DNA from: Hyphochytrium catenoides
Taxonomy: Eukaryota; Protista; Hyphochytriomycota
Length of the DNA: 64,000 bases
Assembly: GCA_900088475.1 (NCBI GenBank)
Contig: FLMG01002562.1
Location: 62,001-126,000, forward strand
Reading direction: 5' to 3'
The notes under the pieces were generated by a model, which was not told the DNA's origin, ran no database searches, and worked only from the letters and a program-made list of their open reading frames with translations. How positions within the stretch are numbered: position 1 is the stretch's first letter; each line of letters opens with the position of its first letter. This document shows positions 61,701-64,000 of this stretch, piece after piece. The translations under genes and the position numbers were made by a program.

Positions 61701-64000
61701 GCCTTGAATGAGATGAACATATACAGCGTGGTCTACATGGGATTACTGCTCTACGTACATGCTATACCTCCAGAGGCCCTAAAGGGGTACTGGGGCCTAT
61801 GGAGATGGATTGTACTGGTATGAAGGCGCTCTCACTTCTTTCCCCTCATTCTTTCCCTGTCTCACTTGCGTTTCCGCTCCATCGCCGTTATATCTATGAT
61901 GCGTTGGGCTTCCCAGGTCTGTCTCTGCTTGCAGTATCTTCCATACATTGAGATCATTCCATCGGCGGGCCTTGACAAGCAGACAACATGGCCTTGGAGC
62001 GCTCTCTCCTCCGCCTATGAGGAGTGGTTCGGCATCGGCGGAGCAGGTAATGGCTGTAGCAACTGTGTCACACCAACAGATTCTAGTGGGGTCTTTGAGA
62101 CCCCTGAATGTCTCATCGTTTTGATGAGCTTATTATCTTTCGTCCTCCGGGTTGGTTCTCGCTTTGGCCTGGCTCCGCGCTTTCGCTCGCTCTAACTCAT
62201 GCGGCTGGAATTCTCTTCCATTTCTAGGCTTCGGCTCCCCGAAGGACTTAATGTATGACCTACTAGTCATCCTCACACTTGCAACGATTCCTTCGGCGAC
62301 GGGTATTCTCTCAACTGCCAGGTCGATGGGTAAGCCGTGTTCTCTTTTCGGCTTTACAAGCAACCACCTTTTCTTGGCTCCAAGTCTTGCTTGCAAGTTA
62401 ATAGAGATATGTTCTACATCCTTCCCTCTGCTAGCATTCCACCCACTACGTTCTCCGCACTTGACTCCACCTCCCAGTCTCGTAAAACCATATAGCAGCT
62501 CTTTTACTTCGGCCGGGTCCTAGGGAAGCTTCACCTTCCTCGCTCCTCTTTGATTACTGATATACTCTTCCTTCCCTTTGATATAGAGGAGACCTTTCAA
62601 GCGGAGTATGATCCTGATATTGTCGATTCAGAGAGAGAGATGACGCGAGCGTCCTCATCTCCAGATGTGGTTGACATGATAGATATAGCAGTTGACAGAG
62701 CAGACACGGAGAGAACAGGACGTAAGCACTCTTTATTTTTTCTTAAACTTGCTGCTTCCTGGTCGAACAATGCCAGGTCCAGGTTTAAAAGCCCTATGGC
62801 CACAACGTGCCTTCCTTGCTTTATACCCACTCCAGTTACACATTCTTCCCCTTTCTGACGCCTTAATCTTGTGCCACCTTCCTGTGCAGAGTCGAACCAT
62901 AGGAAGGGACGGCTTATGCGGGCTTTCACCCGGCAGGAGACTTTGTCCTCGCTATTCCTTCCAGACAGCTTGGCTTCTCTTTCGCACACACCAGTCTGCG
63001 GCGATTGGAATGACTTTACTCTTCCCGTACATACCACATTATGGGACTGGCTGCTATTCTTCATTTACGTGGGAGGCTCAAAGATAGTTCTCTTTCTTGG
63101 CTTCATCGTAGGGACACAGAGGATGGATCTTTTTCACCTGGCGTTCCTGATCCTCTCCATATATCTTCTCCTTCATGAGAACATTGTCAACTCTCAGTAC
63201 GCAAATCACCTTGAAAAATCAGAGGAAGAGAGACGCAAGGCGACCGAAGTGCTTGCAACAAGGTCTAAGACTTCTCTTTGGAAGACCTTTAAGGCCGTCT
63301 TCTGTCGCCGAAGCCGAAGAAAAGAGGTAGCACCCACGCAGGAAGGCCGAGAAGGAAGTGAGAATGCACAGGAAGCAGAAGAAGAGGAAGAAGAGCACCA
63401 ATCTCGTGCCGTATTTGACTTCTTCAACTGGCTCAACATTGTATTTCTCAGCATTCTGGTCTTGTTCCAAGCTCCTTTCTTCCCTCTTCCTCCTGAGAAG
63501 CAGAACTGCAAGCCGGGTACTACTCTGCCAGACGATGAAGGTATTTGCCTTACCTATGCTAACGTGATTGGCATTGAGAAGTACAGCATGGACTACCCTG
63601 GAGGTAAGCGGCGCTCTGTGTGACATTGGCCTTGGACGTTGACCTCATCTTATTATCATTGTGGCTTCTCATAGTCGGCACCTCTCAATCCTACTATGTA
63701 ACCATCTCTGGATCGCTTTCTAAAACTCTCTAGGAACCTAACCAATGTTTGTTCTCCCCGCTCTATCTCAATCCTCGGCGGTGCCATTGGTCAAACAATC
63801 AGCCCCAGTATACGACTCCTCCTCTCCTCTTCCATCCATTCTACTCTACATCCTCCTCCTCTTCCAGACTGCCGTGTATCGCAGTCGGGGCTATGAGTAC
63901 GTAAGGGGATACTACTGCAGAAAGCTGAAGAGAGCGCAAGAGTACAGGGAAAAGATTGAGAGGAGCATGCTCTCGCGCCGTCTCTCCCGATGGATGTCAA
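55735..64000 (+). CDS. PIEZO: Piezo-type mechanosensitive ion channel, multi-exon, 3'-partial
   Basis: More than 8 kb of spliced exons encoding repeated 4-TM units with Piezo-like signatures: LLSLQYVVN, LLCRYLYQF, LLARYAFQF, CLQYL..P...WPW, and KIVLFLGFIVGTQRMDLFHLAFLILSIYLL. The pore domain is not within the window. Confidence 0.8.

Overview
Eukaryotic nuclear DNA of roughly balanced GC content, with GT-AG spliceosomal introns, CTAAC/CTGAC branch points, (GA)n microsatellites and one 42-N assembly gap. The gene styles suggest a stramenopile-type protist (inference only). I can support 13 protein genes. In order: a secreted animal-type haem peroxidase running off the left edge (missed by the ORF track); an intronless bacterial-type glucokinase; a small conserved Cys/His protein; RPS14 (5 exons); a multi-exon M16/PqqL-type zinc peptidase; a 13-exon TAF4 homologue with an RST-like domain and two TAZ zinc fingers; an intronless CAMK-family kinase; a 3-exon uncharacterised protein; an ABHD4/5-CLD1-type hydrolase; a 6-exon calmodulin-like EF-hand gene (not visible in the ORF track); a small secreted 8-Cys protein; an HLTF/RAD5 helicase; and an intronless DUF1707+LiaF-like gene of bacterial architecture. 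A fourteenth, a Piezo-like channel, runs off the right edge. Non-coding features include a 3x97-bp intronic tandem repeat, a TA-flanked MITE, interstitial TTAGGG repeats, a highly structured RPS14 first intron and TpA-rich degenerate repeat relics. The best candidates for novelty are the RST-TAZ-TAZ-TAF4 fusion, the peroxidase with an extra C-terminal module, the bacterial-style DUF1707 gene and the RIP-like mutated repeats. All gene models and domain calls were made by eye, without database searches.
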